38,766 nucleotides of DNA from a virus. Taxonomy: Duplodnaviria; Caudoviricetes. This document shows, in pieces, positions 26,857 to 35,973 of the stretch; the stretch's first letter is position 1; each line of letters begins with the position of its first letter. The position numbers and the translations under genes are program-made. The notes under the pieces were generated by a model that was not told where the DNA came from, did no database searches, and saw only the letters and a program-made list of their open reading frames with translations. Location of the stretch: positions 1 through 38,766 of IMG/VR virus record IMGVR_UViG_3300002301_000036. One strand, 5' to 3'.

Positions 26857-27534
26857 TTAGTAAGTGTCAGCAACAGGCCCAACGGCTGTTGTGAAGGTAG
26901 TCGTCTTGTAAGTGGCAGTCGTCAAGAAAGTACCATAGGTCTCAGATGTTTGAGTGGAAGCACTGAAGTTACCTTTGGTGTGAGTTCCAAGATAGCCAGT
27001 CGTGTTAGAGCCTTGAACCACGATGAAATACTTACTAGGGCCAACAGCGTTGTAGGGGGCTGTAAACGGAATTTGCTGGTAGGCATCAGCTGTACCCTGG
27101 GCAGTCGTAGTGTTAGACGAGGCTACAATTGTACCACCAGCATTAGCTAGTCCCACAAAGGTATTCTGAGAAGCAGAAGTTGTGTGACCGTTCAAAACCG
27201 AGATACCTGTAACTAGGGTGTTATCAGGGATAAACACCTCAGCGTAGTAACTGGTTGTAGAACTGAACTGAGTCTGAGAATAGTTGGTTGTCAAAGCTCC
27301 GAATGGTTGTGTGCCACCCGTGTGCCAGACAGTCGATTGGACTGAACCCGTCTGAGGTTGTCCGCCAGTCGAGCCCATCGTACCACCAGCCGTAATATTT
27401 CCACCTACCCATAGGTTAGACGTATTGCCATTGATACCAATGTTTACGTTTTTGTTTGTTTGCAAGCCATCTTCTCGGACAACTTGGACGTACTTCTCCA
27501 GAAGGCGATTCTTGTTAGGTGAGCTTTGTGCCAT
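26857..27534 (-). CDS. capsid decoration / minor head protein
   Basis: T/G/S-rich beta protein in the capsid operon. Confidence 0.6.
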   Translation of the reverse strand: MAQSSPNKNRLLEKYVQVVREDGLQTNKNVNIGINGNTSNLWVGGNITAGGTMGSTGGQPQTGSVQSTVWHTGGTQPFGALTTNYSQTQFSSTTSYYAEVFIPDNTLVTGISVLNGHTTSASQNTFVGLANAGGTIVASSNTTTAQGTADAYQQIPFTAPYNAVGPSKYFIVVQGSNTTGYLGTHTKGNFSASTQTSETYGTFLTTATYKTTTFTTAVGPVADTY

Positions 27535-27555
27535 TCTAAGTACCCTTTCTTAAGA

Positions 27556-28335
27556 TTAGTTAATGTTCAGGAAGATGCTGTTACCAGCTCCACCTGTACT
27601 TGCGGTTACACCTGCCCAACCGATAGCTGGCTTGGTAGCTGCTACTGCTAGACCGATGTAGCCCGCAGTCGTTGTTGAAGGGCCAACTGTGTTACCAATG
27701 ACCACGCTTGAGCCGTCGTTAATACCTTCAGCGAAACCTTTGCACTGTACCCAACCGTAGTTAGTAACAGTAGAAGAGTTGACTGCCTGAGTGACCGTAA
27801 CACCGATAGGGATGTTAACAGTGGTGGTAGTAACAACTGCCTGAAATGGGCTTGTCCATAGGTTAACAGTGTCAGTACCAGCTACTAGAACTTCAGGGTT
27901 GCGTAGAGGTTCAGCTAGGTAAACCTGAATGTAGCCTGTAGAAGCTGCTGCGGCCGAGTTACCACGAATGCGGTATTTGACTGGGCCTTCATTAGTTCCA
28001 GAAGTCTGTAGAACTTCTAGGAAGCCTTCAGCAAACTCATCCTGAGTAACTGCTGTAGCCCCGTTAGTAACTACTAGCAAGGTAGAACCTGTAGCTAGGT
28101 TAGCGGTTGCCTGTCCACCAGTACCGACTGCTGGGATTGCTAGAGCTGTTGAGTTAGTCTTACCGACTGCTGCCTGCACCAAAAGGCCAGGGCCAACTGT
28201 GGTAGTACCGCCTAGAGAAACGTATCTAAAGACACGGCCGTCTTCGGTTTGACCAATCGCTCCATACTGTACCTGCTTGGTAGTGCTCCAGGTATTTAGG
28301 TCTTGTTCGGTTAATTGTCGTACGCCTGATTCCAT
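27556..28335 (-). CDS. capsid cement/decoration protein
   Basis: Directly after the MCP; DGRVFRYV, YGWVQCKG; AGGAG SD. Confidence 0.7.
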   Translation of the reverse strand: MESGVRQLTEQDLNTWSTTKQVQYGAIGQTEDGRVFRYVSLGGTTTVGPGLLVQAAVGKTNSTALAIPAVGTGGQATANLATGSTLLVVTNGATAVTQDEFAEGFLEVLQTSGTNEGPVKYRIRGNSAAAASTGYIQVYLAEPLRNPEVLVAGTDTVNLWTSPFQAVVTTTTVNIPIGVTVTQAVNSSTVTNYGWVQCKGFAEGINDGSSVVIGNTVGPSTTTAGYIGLAVAATKPAIGWAGVTASTGGAGNSIFLNIN

Positions 28336-28346
28336 ATATTTTCTCC

Positions 28347-29435
28347 TTAGTTTGAAGTGATTCCTGTTAATTTACCGTTTCTTCGGGGCTGGCGGCAGAT
28401 TAGATTCCCCATCAAGATTAACAGTCCAACTTCACCATACTGGTTGACTGGAGCAATCATCTCACGGAACTGCCATGCACTTGGGAAGGGTACGTCTTTG
28501 TAGTAACCCTCGGTGACTTCAACCGTTGAGCTAATCTGGCGTAGAGAACTGTCCTGTAGACGTTTGAACTCTAGGTACCATTCGTTGAGCCAGAAGAAGG
28601 TCTGAGAAGTACAGTTGTCATCGGCTACCAACGGACGAGCTCGGTAGGAGATGGCATTGAAACCAGCGAACCCAGAAGTCTTTTCACCAGCTGGACGAAG
28701 TTCACCGTTAGGTGTACCACCGTCAATGCGGTCGTAACCTCGAAGCTGTAGAGTTTCGTAACGAGCACTTACCATTGGCTGGATTAGACCCTCGATGTAA
28801 GTCCAAATAGCCTTAGTAGTAAGACCTATTGTGGGCGATTCACGGTTGCTAGAAGCGGCTGAGACGTTGTCGAACTCGCTTGATAGGTAGTCGAGGGTAA
28901 TGATACCCGAACTTACAGCCGTAACATCTGCATTAATGTAGGTGTTGGTTGAGCGAGTCAAACCAGCGTAGGTGCTGGAGTTTGTACCTGCGTCAACGAT
29001 TAAGCCTAGACCATCGAAGTCTTTACCAGCTCCGATGCCGTAACCAATCTGACCAACAGCTTGGTTGGCCGAGATTTTAGCTTCGTCCATGCGAGTCTTA
29101 AGCAACATAAGAACCTGCTTCTCGTTGTTAGCGTTAACCGCACGTTCGATACCAGGAACAACCACTGATTGTTCAAAGGCAGCTAAGTACCAAGTCATTA
29201 ACTTGGTGTTGTTAGTAGCGGCAGTTGGGAAAGTATCCATACCCGAGAAACTTCCACCAGTCGTCGAGTTCGCAGTCTCAATCGGCTGAGCTTCGTAAAT
29301 ACCACGCCATGTGCCTGGTTTATTAAGAATACGAGCTAAGAACACGTTAGAGTTGTTGATTTGGTCAACGATACTCGGGAGAATATCTTGATAGGTGATG
29401 TCTGCGACCCTATCGGTAAATACCATTCCTGCCAT
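28347..29435 (-). CDS. major capsid protein
   Basis: 362 aa after the scaffold; LPSIVDQI, GKDFDGLG, YAGLTRS, PRRNGKLTGI ending typical of podovirus HK97-fold capsids. Confidence 0.88.
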   Translation of the reverse strand: MAGMVFTDRVADITYQDILPSIVDQINNSNVFLARILNKPGTWRGIYEAQPIETANSTTGGSFSGMDTFPTAATNNTKLMTWYLAAFEQSVVVPGIERAVNANNEKQVLMLLKTRMDEAKISANQAVGQIGYGIGAGKDFDGLGLIVDAGTNSSTYAGLTRSTNTYINADVTAVSSGIITLDYLSSEFDNVSAASSNRESPTIGLTTKAIWTYIEGLIQPMVSARYETLQLRGYDRIDGGTPNGELRPAGEKTSGFAGFNAISYRARPLVADDNCTSQTFFWLNEWYLEFKRLQDSSLRQISSTVEVTEGYYKDVPFPSAWQFREMIAPVNQYGEVGLLILMGNLICRQPRRNGKLTGITSN

Positions 29436-29466
29436 ATAAATTCCTTGTTTAATTTGTTAAGACAAC

Positions 29467-29541
29467 AAAAAAGCCCCCGTGAAGGGGCTAAGTTATTTGC
29501 CTATTGAGCATAGTATAGCTCTTAGGATTTTAATATGTCAA
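29467..29541 (-). promoter_or_regulatory. late promoter-leader-terminator element, copy 6 (MCP)
   Basis: TTGACA-18-TATACT atgctcaat AGGCA aataact TAGCCCC ttcacg GGGGCT TTTTT, then AAGGA SD and ATG. Confidence 0.9.
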
Positions 29542-29543
29542 CT

Positions 29544-29789
29544 TTATTTTTTAGCTGGGGTCTGCTCGACAAATTTACCCTTTAGCTCACTAACATCAGC
29601 TTCTAATTTGCTAACGATAGGAATACCGTCAAATTTTGTACCTTTGTTTAAAATCGCACCAAGCTCTTCAAAAGCCTCTGAATATTTTTCTCTGTGTACT
29701 GTGTTACGAATCTCGTTGCTAACGTGCTCGGCTTGTTCTCGTGTCCATATACCTGCGTGTTCTAGTGCGGCTATCCACCAATTATGCAT
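29544..29789 (-). CDS. hypothetical protein
   Basis: AAGGAG SD. Confidence 0.75.
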   Translation of the reverse strand: MHNWWIAALEHAGIWTREQAEHVSNEIRNTVHREKYSEAFEELGAILNKGTKFDGIPIVSKLEADVSELKGKFVEQTPAKK

Positions 29790-29813
29790 TTGTTGTCTCC
29801 TTTAAGTTAATTA

Positions 29814-30827
29814 CTACCATCCTGCTGTCTTTTCTTCGATTAACCTGTCTAAGTCCATCGAACCCATACCTGAGTGTACACGGGGCTTAGCTAAACCACC
29901 GTCTGAGCCAGCCGTACCCGAAGTGCGATTGGCCAACTCAATACGCTCTTTGTCTTCTTTGACCTGAGCAGTGTCCTCTTTAGGGTTTTCTCGCTGGTAC
30001 ATTAGAAAGGCTTCCTCAAAACCAATGTGTTTGAAGGGTCTGCCTGCATTGGCCTGTTCTAGATACTCGGCGTTCTTTTTGTCCTTAAAGTCTAGGATAG
30101 ACTGAATCTCTACAGCTGCTGGGTCGGTGTCAAACTTGGGGTCATCGGCACTAAGCTTGAACTTAGGCAAATCGCCATCTCGTTGTAGTTTACCAATATC
30201 GGCACGGTCAGCCGCTTTCTCGGCTTCTTGAAAGGCTTCAGTTGATTTAGCAGTCTCTTGATTTCTGAATTCATTCTGACGCTCAACTGCTTTAGATTCA
30301 AGCATGGCGAAGGCCTTGTTGGCAGTCGCACTCTCTCGGTCGTCTACATACTTAAAGCCCTGGGGCAGATATTCAGGGGCGTAGACCGTAAACTCTTGAA
30401 CCTTATCGTCACTGCCAACCGTACCTTTGACTTTTAGTGGTGTTAGCCCATCTAAGATGTACTTTTGCTCTGCTGTAAGGTTTGTAGGTTCTGTCGTTGC
30501 TGCTGCCGCCTCATCTTTGGGCTTCTCTTCGGCTTCGTCTCCATCGTCAATGGCATAGCCTTCATCGTCCTCTTTTCCATCGCTTTCTGAAACCTCTTCA
30601 GAGCCCTCTGTGTTCGCAACGTCCTTATCCTCGTCTTTAGGTTGTGCTTTTTCTTCAGACTCTTCGACCTTTTCATCTGTTTTAGGCTCTTCTTTGGGCT
30701 CGGGCTGCTCATCGGTCTTTATAACTCCTTTGTTGTCTCCAATTGGTTGTAAATTGTCGTCTAAGCCATCAAGTTTAGCGTCCAATCCTGGGTCGCCTGT
30801 TGAACTTGGGATGCTGGTGTTGTCCAT
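29814..30827 (-). CDS. capsid scaffolding protein
   Basis: Highly acidic N-terminal half, helical C-terminal half, between portal and MCP; AAGGAG SD. Confidence 0.8.
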   Translation of the reverse strand: MDNTSIPSSTGDPGLDAKLDGLDDNLQPIGDNKGVIKTDEQPEPKEEPKTDEKVEESEEKAQPKDEDKDVANTEGSEEVSESDGKEDDEGYAIDDGDEAEEKPKDEAAAATTEPTNLTAEQKYILDGLTPLKVKGTVGSDDKVQEFTVYAPEYLPQGFKYVDDRESATANKAFAMLESKAVERQNEFRNQETAKSTEAFQEAEKAADRADIGKLQRDGDLPKFKLSADDPKFDTDPAAVEIQSILDFKDKKNAEYLEQANAGRPFKHIGFEEAFLMYQRENPKEDTAQVKEDKERIELANRTSGTAGSDGGLAKPRVHSGMGSMDLDRLIEEKTAGW

Positions 30828-30858
30828 TCAAAACTCTCCTTTTTAAAATAATACCATA

Positions 30859-33063
30859 TTAAATAACTGGTAGCGAACTTGGATTAGCTGAAGGCGGAAT
30901 TTGTGGATTTGCTGGGTTGGGAAGAGGTGTGCCGTTGGTCACAGGGCCAGGAATTGCACTAGGAGGGGAACCTGGTTGAGGGGTGGGCACTCCACCAGGA
31001 ACTCCCGAAGGTATTATACCACCCATTGGAGGAGGTACACCAGGCATACCGCCGATAGGCGACATTGGTGGGACAGGTGGTTGAGGTGGTGGAATTGGGT
31101 TAGCTGGATTCAGAGCTTCAACGCCTCCCTGCTGGCTCATTTGGTCTAACGAGGTTCGTAGTTCTAATGACGTAATAGCCTTATCAACATATTTCAAGAA
31201 CGCTGTTTGGAACTTCTTATCAGCCTTCAAGAACTCATCTCGCAACATTAGTTTTCTGAGGGTTAAGACAAACTCTTTAGAGCAGTCGTCAGGCTCTTTA
31301 GCCTCTTTACCAGCCATAATCTCAACATAAGCTACATAAGCCTTAGAATCATCGACCTCTTCTATGGCATCCCTAGCTAGGCTCATTGGGTCGGTTTGAC
31401 CCTTAGCCCAGTTGTCATAGAGTTTTTGTGGGTCTGGTAAGTGTAGTAATTTATACAAATCAAGCAGTGATATACCCTCTCCCTTGAACAGTTGTAGGGC
31501 AATAGCTTCTTGGCGTTGCTTATCAAATGGCAGTGTAGTACCTGATTTGACATCAACCGCTATACCGTCTTCGATTAATTTACGATTCATAACAATATGG
31601 TCGAACTCACCATCTTGGCCGTTATAAACGAACAAGTGGTCGGTGTTATACCAAACCACCATCATTTGGGTCAGCATATTAAAGTAGTCATACATGAACC
31701 TGTCTATGGCTCGAACATACAAGTCCTGCCGACCAGACGCTTGGTTCTTCTTCATCAAAGCTTCGCCTAGTGTTTCGGCATCGGCATCGCCGTCATTAGA
31801 ACCAGTAAACTCAGATGGAGTACCCATAATGGCATGGACTGTAGTACGAAGGTCTACTTTATCTTGATATAAGAAATTGGGTACTTCGGGCGGTGGCACT
31901 TGATAAACCATATCTTGGGTTCGCTGTCCAGCTGTCTTAATAATCAAGCGTTGGTTGGGGTCGCCTGTTAGCTCCTGTAAATCGTCCTTAGTCAAACCTG
32001 AGTCCTGAGACACGATTAGTACACCATTGGCCTTGTCAGCCACTTCCATTAACTGCCTACCTCGCTTGTTTAAGACATTTTGAATCACCGAAGCCTGTTC
32101 AACGGCTGAGGTATTATCTATCCAGTGCGAACCATCGTTATCAAAGTTCAAGGCAATCACTGGCTTCTTGGGAGCATCTAAGAAGTTACGGCCTGGGTTA
32201 GCATATAGCCAGTGAGGGTTGCGAGTTTTCTCTAGAACCACGTCAGCAAAGTAATACACAAGAGCCTCGTGAGCTTCATAAGCTTTGTCGTAATATGTCA
32301 AATAAACCTCTCGCACTGAGATGACAGTATTCAGTTGCTTGTAAGTGCTGTACTTAATACCACAAGCTCTGTAAATCTCGTCCTTCTTATCAGGCCAGCG
32401 ACCACACGCTTCATTGACGGTCATCTTCAACATGTAGCAAAAGAAGGCTGGGTTTTCGCCCATACGAGCATTTTTATCGACAATACAATGTTCTGGGTCA
32501 GGAGCAAACGGTATAATCTCACCATTCTTGCCATATTTAGGGTCGAACTTGAACATGATAAAACCAACTCGTTTGTTCAATGCGTTTCTAACAGCCGTCT
32601 CAGCAATCTGGGTTAGCTTCATCTTGTGCGAGTGAGCCATCTCCACCTTCTCTAAATCAATTGCGAACTTCTTAGATAACTGCGTGTCCTGAGCTGGTGA
32701 GACTTCAGCTTGGGGGTCTTGAGCAGTTAGATAAGCAATAATCGCCTGTTCAGCTATGTAAATCTGGTTCTCTTTATAAGGTAGCTGGTAGCGGTACAGA
32801 CTGCGTACATCGTTTTGCTTGTTCTGGTACAGCCTTACGTTATTGCCACGAGTGTTGCGTAGGTCAAAGCCGTCAGATGTGTTCCAGTAATCGTCAGAGT
32901 CTTGAATCCGATTGTCTAAGTTCTTAATAATCTGCTGGTCGGGGATATCAATTGACAGACTGGGTAGCTCATCAATTGGCCCACTTGAGCCAATATTAAG
33001 ATTATCGACCTTAGTGTCGTTTAAGACTGGAGCGTCTTGTTCGTAATCCCAATTAGTTGCCAC
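30859..33063 (-). CDS. portal protein (P22-like, long) with Pro-rich tail
   Basis: 734 aa downstream of TerL; DPEHCIVD, TLGEALM, VKSGTTLPFDK. Confidence 0.85.
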   Translation of the reverse strand: MATNWDYEQDAPVLNDTKVDNLNIGSSGPIDELPSLSIDIPDQQIIKNLDNRIQDSDDYWNTSDGFDLRNTRGNNVRLYQNKQNDVRSLYRYQLPYKENQIYIAEQAIIAYLTAQDPQAEVSPAQDTQLSKKFAIDLEKVEMAHSHKMKLTQIAETAVRNALNKRVGFIMFKFDPKYGKNGEIIPFAPDPEHCIVDKNARMGENPAFFCYMLKMTVNEACGRWPDKKDEIYRACGIKYSTYKQLNTVISVREVYLTYYDKAYEAHEALVYYFADVVLEKTRNPHWLYANPGRNFLDAPKKPVIALNFDNDGSHWIDNTSAVEQASVIQNVLNKRGRQLMEVADKANGVLIVSQDSGLTKDDLQELTGDPNQRLIIKTAGQRTQDMVYQVPPPEVPNFLYQDKVDLRTTVHAIMGTPSEFTGSNDGDADAETLGEALMKKNQASGRQDLYVRAIDRFMYDYFNMLTQMMVVWYNTDHLFVYNGQDGEFDHIVMNRKLIEDGIAVDVKSGTTLPFDKQRQEAIALQLFKGEGISLLDLYKLLHLPDPQKLYDNWAKGQTDPMSLARDAIEEVDDSKAYVAYVEIMAGKEAKEPDDCSKEFVLTLRKLMLRDEFLKADKKFQTAFLKYVDKAITSLELRTSLDQMSQQGGVEALNPANPIPPPQPPVPPMSPIGGMPGVPPPMGGIIPSGVPGGVPTPQPGSPPSAIPGPVTNGTPLPNPANPQIPPSANPSSLPVI

Positions 33064-33208
33064 GCTTGCCTACCTTTTTGTTTCGGCTATCGACTGTGCG
33101 GTTGGCATATTCTTTGGGTGGCCGTACCGAACTAATATTATTACGTTTAGTAAATCGGATACGAGTACCGACTTTGTGCTTTCCCATTAATTCTTTAACT
33201 TTAGTCAT
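33053..33208 (-). CDS. small basic protein (51 aa)
   Basis: Manual translation MTKVKELMGKHKVGTRIRF...KKVGKRGN; directly after leader copy 7; overlaps the portal start. Confidence 0.7.
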   Translation of the reverse strand: MTKVKELMGKHKVGTRIRFTKRNNISSVRPPKEYANRTVDSRNKKVGKRGN

Positions 33209-33268
33209 AAATTAAAAATAACCCCTGTTAATATTTGGGGCTACGAGTAAATGCCTGCCGTGATTGTA
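33209..33268 (-). promoter_or_regulatory. late promoter-leader-terminator element, copy 7
   Basis: TACAAT cacggc AGGCA tttactcg TAGCCCC aaatattaaca GGGGTTA TTTTT aattt ATG. Confidence 0.85.
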
Positions 33269-33275
33269 CACCATT

Positions 33276-33512
33276 TTATTGAAATAATACACGATATTCC
33301 GCCCCACACGAATGACACTTAACTTCAATGTAGTGAGCTCCTGGCTCGTATTGAGTAAAATTAGTAGCTCCTGAATTGGCAACAACTAGGTTGTCGGCTG
33401 TGTATTTAAACAACGGTCGCTGACATGGTGTATTCATACAGCGATACATGTAAATCTTACGCTTGGGTAAGACATTATGGTATAGATACAGGCTGACTTT
33501 AAACGTACTCAT
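33276..33512 (-). CDS. Mu Com-like zinc-ribbon regulator
   Basis: YRCMNTPCQRPLFK ... YIEVKCHSCG parallels Com RCxxCxKLLFK ... IEIRCPRC; ATG 33512 after GAGGGA. Confidence 0.7.
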   Translation of the reverse strand: MSTFKVSLYLYHNVLPKRKIYMYRCMNTPCQRPLFKYTADNLVVANSGATNFTQYEPGAHYIEVKCHSCGAEYRVLFQ

Positions 33513-34797
33513 TGTCCCTCGCCGCCTTTCTAGCCATCTCACCGATGTTAATGTGAAAGCCCTCAGCCGTACCGTCTTCGTTAACCACGAATGACTTGTT
33601 TTGCTTGTCTTCGAGGCTTGAGGTGACAACGCCAACCTGAGAGCCAGACGCTCGCATATAGCTCTCTAGGCCATACCTTAAAGCGTCCATGCAGTGGTTA
33701 AACGAGTCGATGGGCTTGTTGACAATAACATCGTCCTTGTCGGTCTCCCACATGTAGTTACGGTATTCATGGATTAGATTAGTCGAACGCTTGGTAACTG
33801 AAATACGCTGGTCTTGAATATAGCTGATACCCTGATTAACCGAACCTTGACCCTTCTGAGCTGGTAACACACTAACACCATATAATCTCAGCTCGTCAAT
33901 ACTCTTGGGCTCAGCTGAGTCAGCATAGACTGTGACCTCAGAGTGTTCCATCGTATTTATATAATCTGCCAGTTGTTTGTTGGTCATACCTTTCTTATAT
34001 AATCGCTCGTCTAAAATAAACCCACCGTTGTAATAATAAATATCTATTAGGCTAGATGGGTCGTTAGAATAACCAAAGTCCAAGCCTCTACGCTCTAACC
34101 TAGCCTCGTGGGGTATGTCGTTAATGAAGGCCCAGTCAGTAAATATTCTGCCCTCAACTTCACCCAATTGGCCTAGCCCATATACCTGCCACCAGTTCTT
34201 ATTGTGTTTGTGTGATTCAATATCATCTATCGTGACTTGGTCTAGAGCTTCATTGTCTTTGTAGGTCAGGGTAATAAAATCTATGTCTTTGCGGTTGGGG
34301 TGCATCTCGGTGTAGAACCAGAACTCGCTGGTCGGGTTCCAGTCTAACCAGACAATCTTGCGGGTTCTGGTAATCAATTGGTCAACGATTTTGTAGTCTA
34401 GGTTGTTACACTCGTTAATGAACAATATATCTCTTCTCGGCCCGTGAGCTTTGCCATAATTATCAACCGATATAAATTCAATCTTAGAACCAGTTGGGAA
34501 AGTATAAACGTGCTTAGTGCCATGCCAGGCATTCTCGTCCCAATAACCCCTATCCTTCATAATATTTTCAAAGTCCAGCATTGCACCACGCTCTAGGTGT
34601 GGGTAGCTTTCACTAACCACTGAGCATAGCTCATTCTCGAACACCTGAGCATAGTTAATTAACCAAATAAGAATCGAAATGGTCTTAGACGCACTCGTAC
34701 CACCAGCCACAGCTCTAATCCTACCCTCCATATCAAAGATACGCTTGGTAGCAGTCGTATCCTTAAACCTAAAGTTTGATGCGGTCTCGGCCACCAT
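33499..34797 (-). CDS. terL: terminase large subunit (PBSX/SPP1-like)
   Basis: GGTSASKT Walker A, ILFINE Walker B, DWNP, GLDFGYSNDP, ADSAEPKSI, NHCMDALRY; start uncertain (34794-34809). Confidence 0.96.
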   Translation of the reverse strand: MVAETASNFRFKDTTATKRIFDMEGRIRAVAGGTSASKTISILIWLINYAQVFENELCSVVSESYPHLERGAMLDFENIMKDRGYWDENAWHGTKHVYTFPTGSKIEFISVDNYGKAHGPRRDILFINECNNLDYKIVDQLITRTRKIVWLDWNPTSEFWFYTEMHPNRKDIDFITLTYKDNEALDQVTIDDIESHKHNKNWWQVYGLGQLGEVEGRIFTDWAFINDIPHEARLERRGLDFGYSNDPSSLIDIYYYNGGFILDERLYKKGMTNKQLADYINTMEHSEVTVYADSAEPKSIDELRLYGVSVLPAQKGQGSVNQGISYIQDQRISVTKRSTNLIHEYRNYMWETDKDDVIVNKPIDSFNHCMDALRYGLESYMRASGSQVGVVTSSLEDKQNKSFVVNEDGTAEGFHINIGEMARKAARDNEYV

Positions 34798-35143
34798 AGA
34801 TTGGTACAACTATTACATTTGGTGTAGGGTCTTTGGCGTGGCCTCTCAACCGCAAACCAGTCTCTAAGAACTTATGTCGGGTCGCATGGTCTGGTAATTC
34901 TTTGTCTGGCTCAGTGTGTGAACTAAACAATTTTGTGGCTTCTAAACCCTCATTTAACACCTTACCGAGCTTGTCATCAGTCACTCCTAGCTTTTCCAAG
35001 CTTTCTATAAACGCTACTGATTTGGTTAATTCTTTAGGATTTTTAGCTACGCTTGGGCTATAGCCTGCTTTAGTCATAGCTTTAGACACACTATCTCCCT
35101 CAGCAATAAAAGCCATCGCCTTAGTTTGTTTTAAGGTCGCCAT
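34769..35143 (-). CDS. terS: terminase small subunit
   Basis: AMTKAGYS HTH, PDHATRHKFLE; immediately upstream of terL; TGaTATAAT 9 nt upstream. Confidence 0.8.
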   Translation of the reverse strand: MATLKQTKAMAFIAEGDSVSKAMTKAGYSPSVAKNPKELTKSVAFIESLEKLGVTDDKLGKVLNEGLEATKLFSSHTEPDKELPDHATRHKFLETGLRLRGHAKDPTPNVIVVPIYGGRDRIKL

Positions 35144-35158
35144 TACGGGCGAATTATA

Positions 35159-35353
35159 TCATGTTTTTGGAGTTTTGGCTTTTTGTCGGAGCTGGTCTAG
35201 GCGTTTGTTCTCGACCTGCACTATTTTTTGGATTGATGGCAACAATAACTTATTTAAATTTTTATCCTTGAGACCATGCAAAACCCCTAACATCACCCGA
35301 CATTCAAACTTAATATCTGAATCTCTAATCATGCCTTCGTTTTGGTCAGTCAT
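35159..35353 (-). CDS. hypothetical protein
   Basis: ATGA coupling. Confidence 0.6.
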   Translation of the reverse strand: MTDQNEGMIRDSDIKFECRVMLGVLHGLKDKNLNKLLLPSIQKIVQVENKRLDQLRQKAKTPKT

Positions 35354-35514
35354 TTCCTGACCACCAAATCACAGTTAGGACAAACCAGAACCAACGAAAC
35401 CGATACCCCAGCTAATCTGACTAACTTCTCGTCTAGGCATCTAGGACAGTCTTCATTAACGGGTTCGATTTCAACTTCTATCTTTTCGTCTTGCATACCT
35501 TCGATACGCTTCAT
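35350..35514 (-). CDS. small zinc-ribbon protein (54 aa)
   Basis: Manual translation ...EDCPRCLDEKLV...LVCPNCDLVVRK; GGGGAG SD. Confidence 0.6.
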   Translation of the reverse strand: MKRIEGMQDEKIEVEIEPVNEDCPRCLDEKLVRLAGVSVSLVLVCPNCDLVVRK

Positions 35515-35548
35515 AAGTTCTCCCCTAGATACTTAATCGGGTCTTTGG

Positions 35549-35719
35549 TTAAGATTTGTTGCTTGTCCATACTACTCTCGTAAAGTTACCATTCTTATAT
35601 TTAGGATTGGGTTTCTGTAACATCAATGCTCGTAAGCCATTAAACTCGTGGATAAAAGTAACCTTATACTCTCCAAACCTATCATTCACCTTTGCCATTA
35701 GGATTTGTTGTTGGGTCAT
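35549..35719 (-). CDS. hypothetical protein (56 aa)
   Basis: MTQQQILMAKVNDRFGEYKV...; GAGGA SD, ATGA coupling. Confidence 0.55.
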   Translation of the reverse strand: MTQQQILMAKVNDRFGEYKVTFIHEFNGLRALMLQKPNPKYKNGNFTRVVWTSNKS

Positions 35720-35910
35720 TTCTTGTCCTCTGACACTTCTAGTGGTGATTTAAGCTCGGTATGATATTTGCCATCCCCTTTATCTACAATTACCCTTTCT
35801 AGGGGCGGATTTAGGGCTTTATGTATAAACTCAGGCTTACTCTTTATGGATTTCCACTTAGGCATATCTTCTTTGCGAATATAAAAGGTAACTCGGCCGT
35901 CGTGTTTCAT
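35716..35910 (-). CDS. putative ribbon-helix-helix regulator, leaderless
   Basis: RVTFYIRKED..KW...KPEFIHKAL; ATG 8 nt after a consensus promoter. Confidence 0.6.
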   Translation of the reverse strand: MKHDGRVTFYIRKEDMPKWKSIKSKPEFIHKALNPPLERVIVDKGDGKYHTELKSPLEVSEDKK

Positions 35911-35918
35911 TGCCTCTC

Positions 35919-35946
35919 ATTATACCGACTATCTGTATAATGTCAA
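35919..35946 (-). promoter_or_regulatory. sigma70 promoter (leftward)
   Basis: TTGACA-16-TATAAT, perfect hexamers. Confidence 0.85.
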
Positions 35947-35973
35947 TTCCTGTGCATAACTCCACAAACTATA

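Noticed and set aside
30859-31110. Pro/Gly-rich portal tail as a separate repeat element
   Set aside because: Low-complexity in-frame C-terminal extension, common in long podovirus portals
6695-33268. Reading the seven GC hairpins as ordinary end-of-gene terminators or REP/CRISPR-like repeats
   Set aside because: Copy 1 has no upstream same-strand gene, each copy has a -10 box and AGGCA just upstream, and they are dispersed without spacers or cas genes
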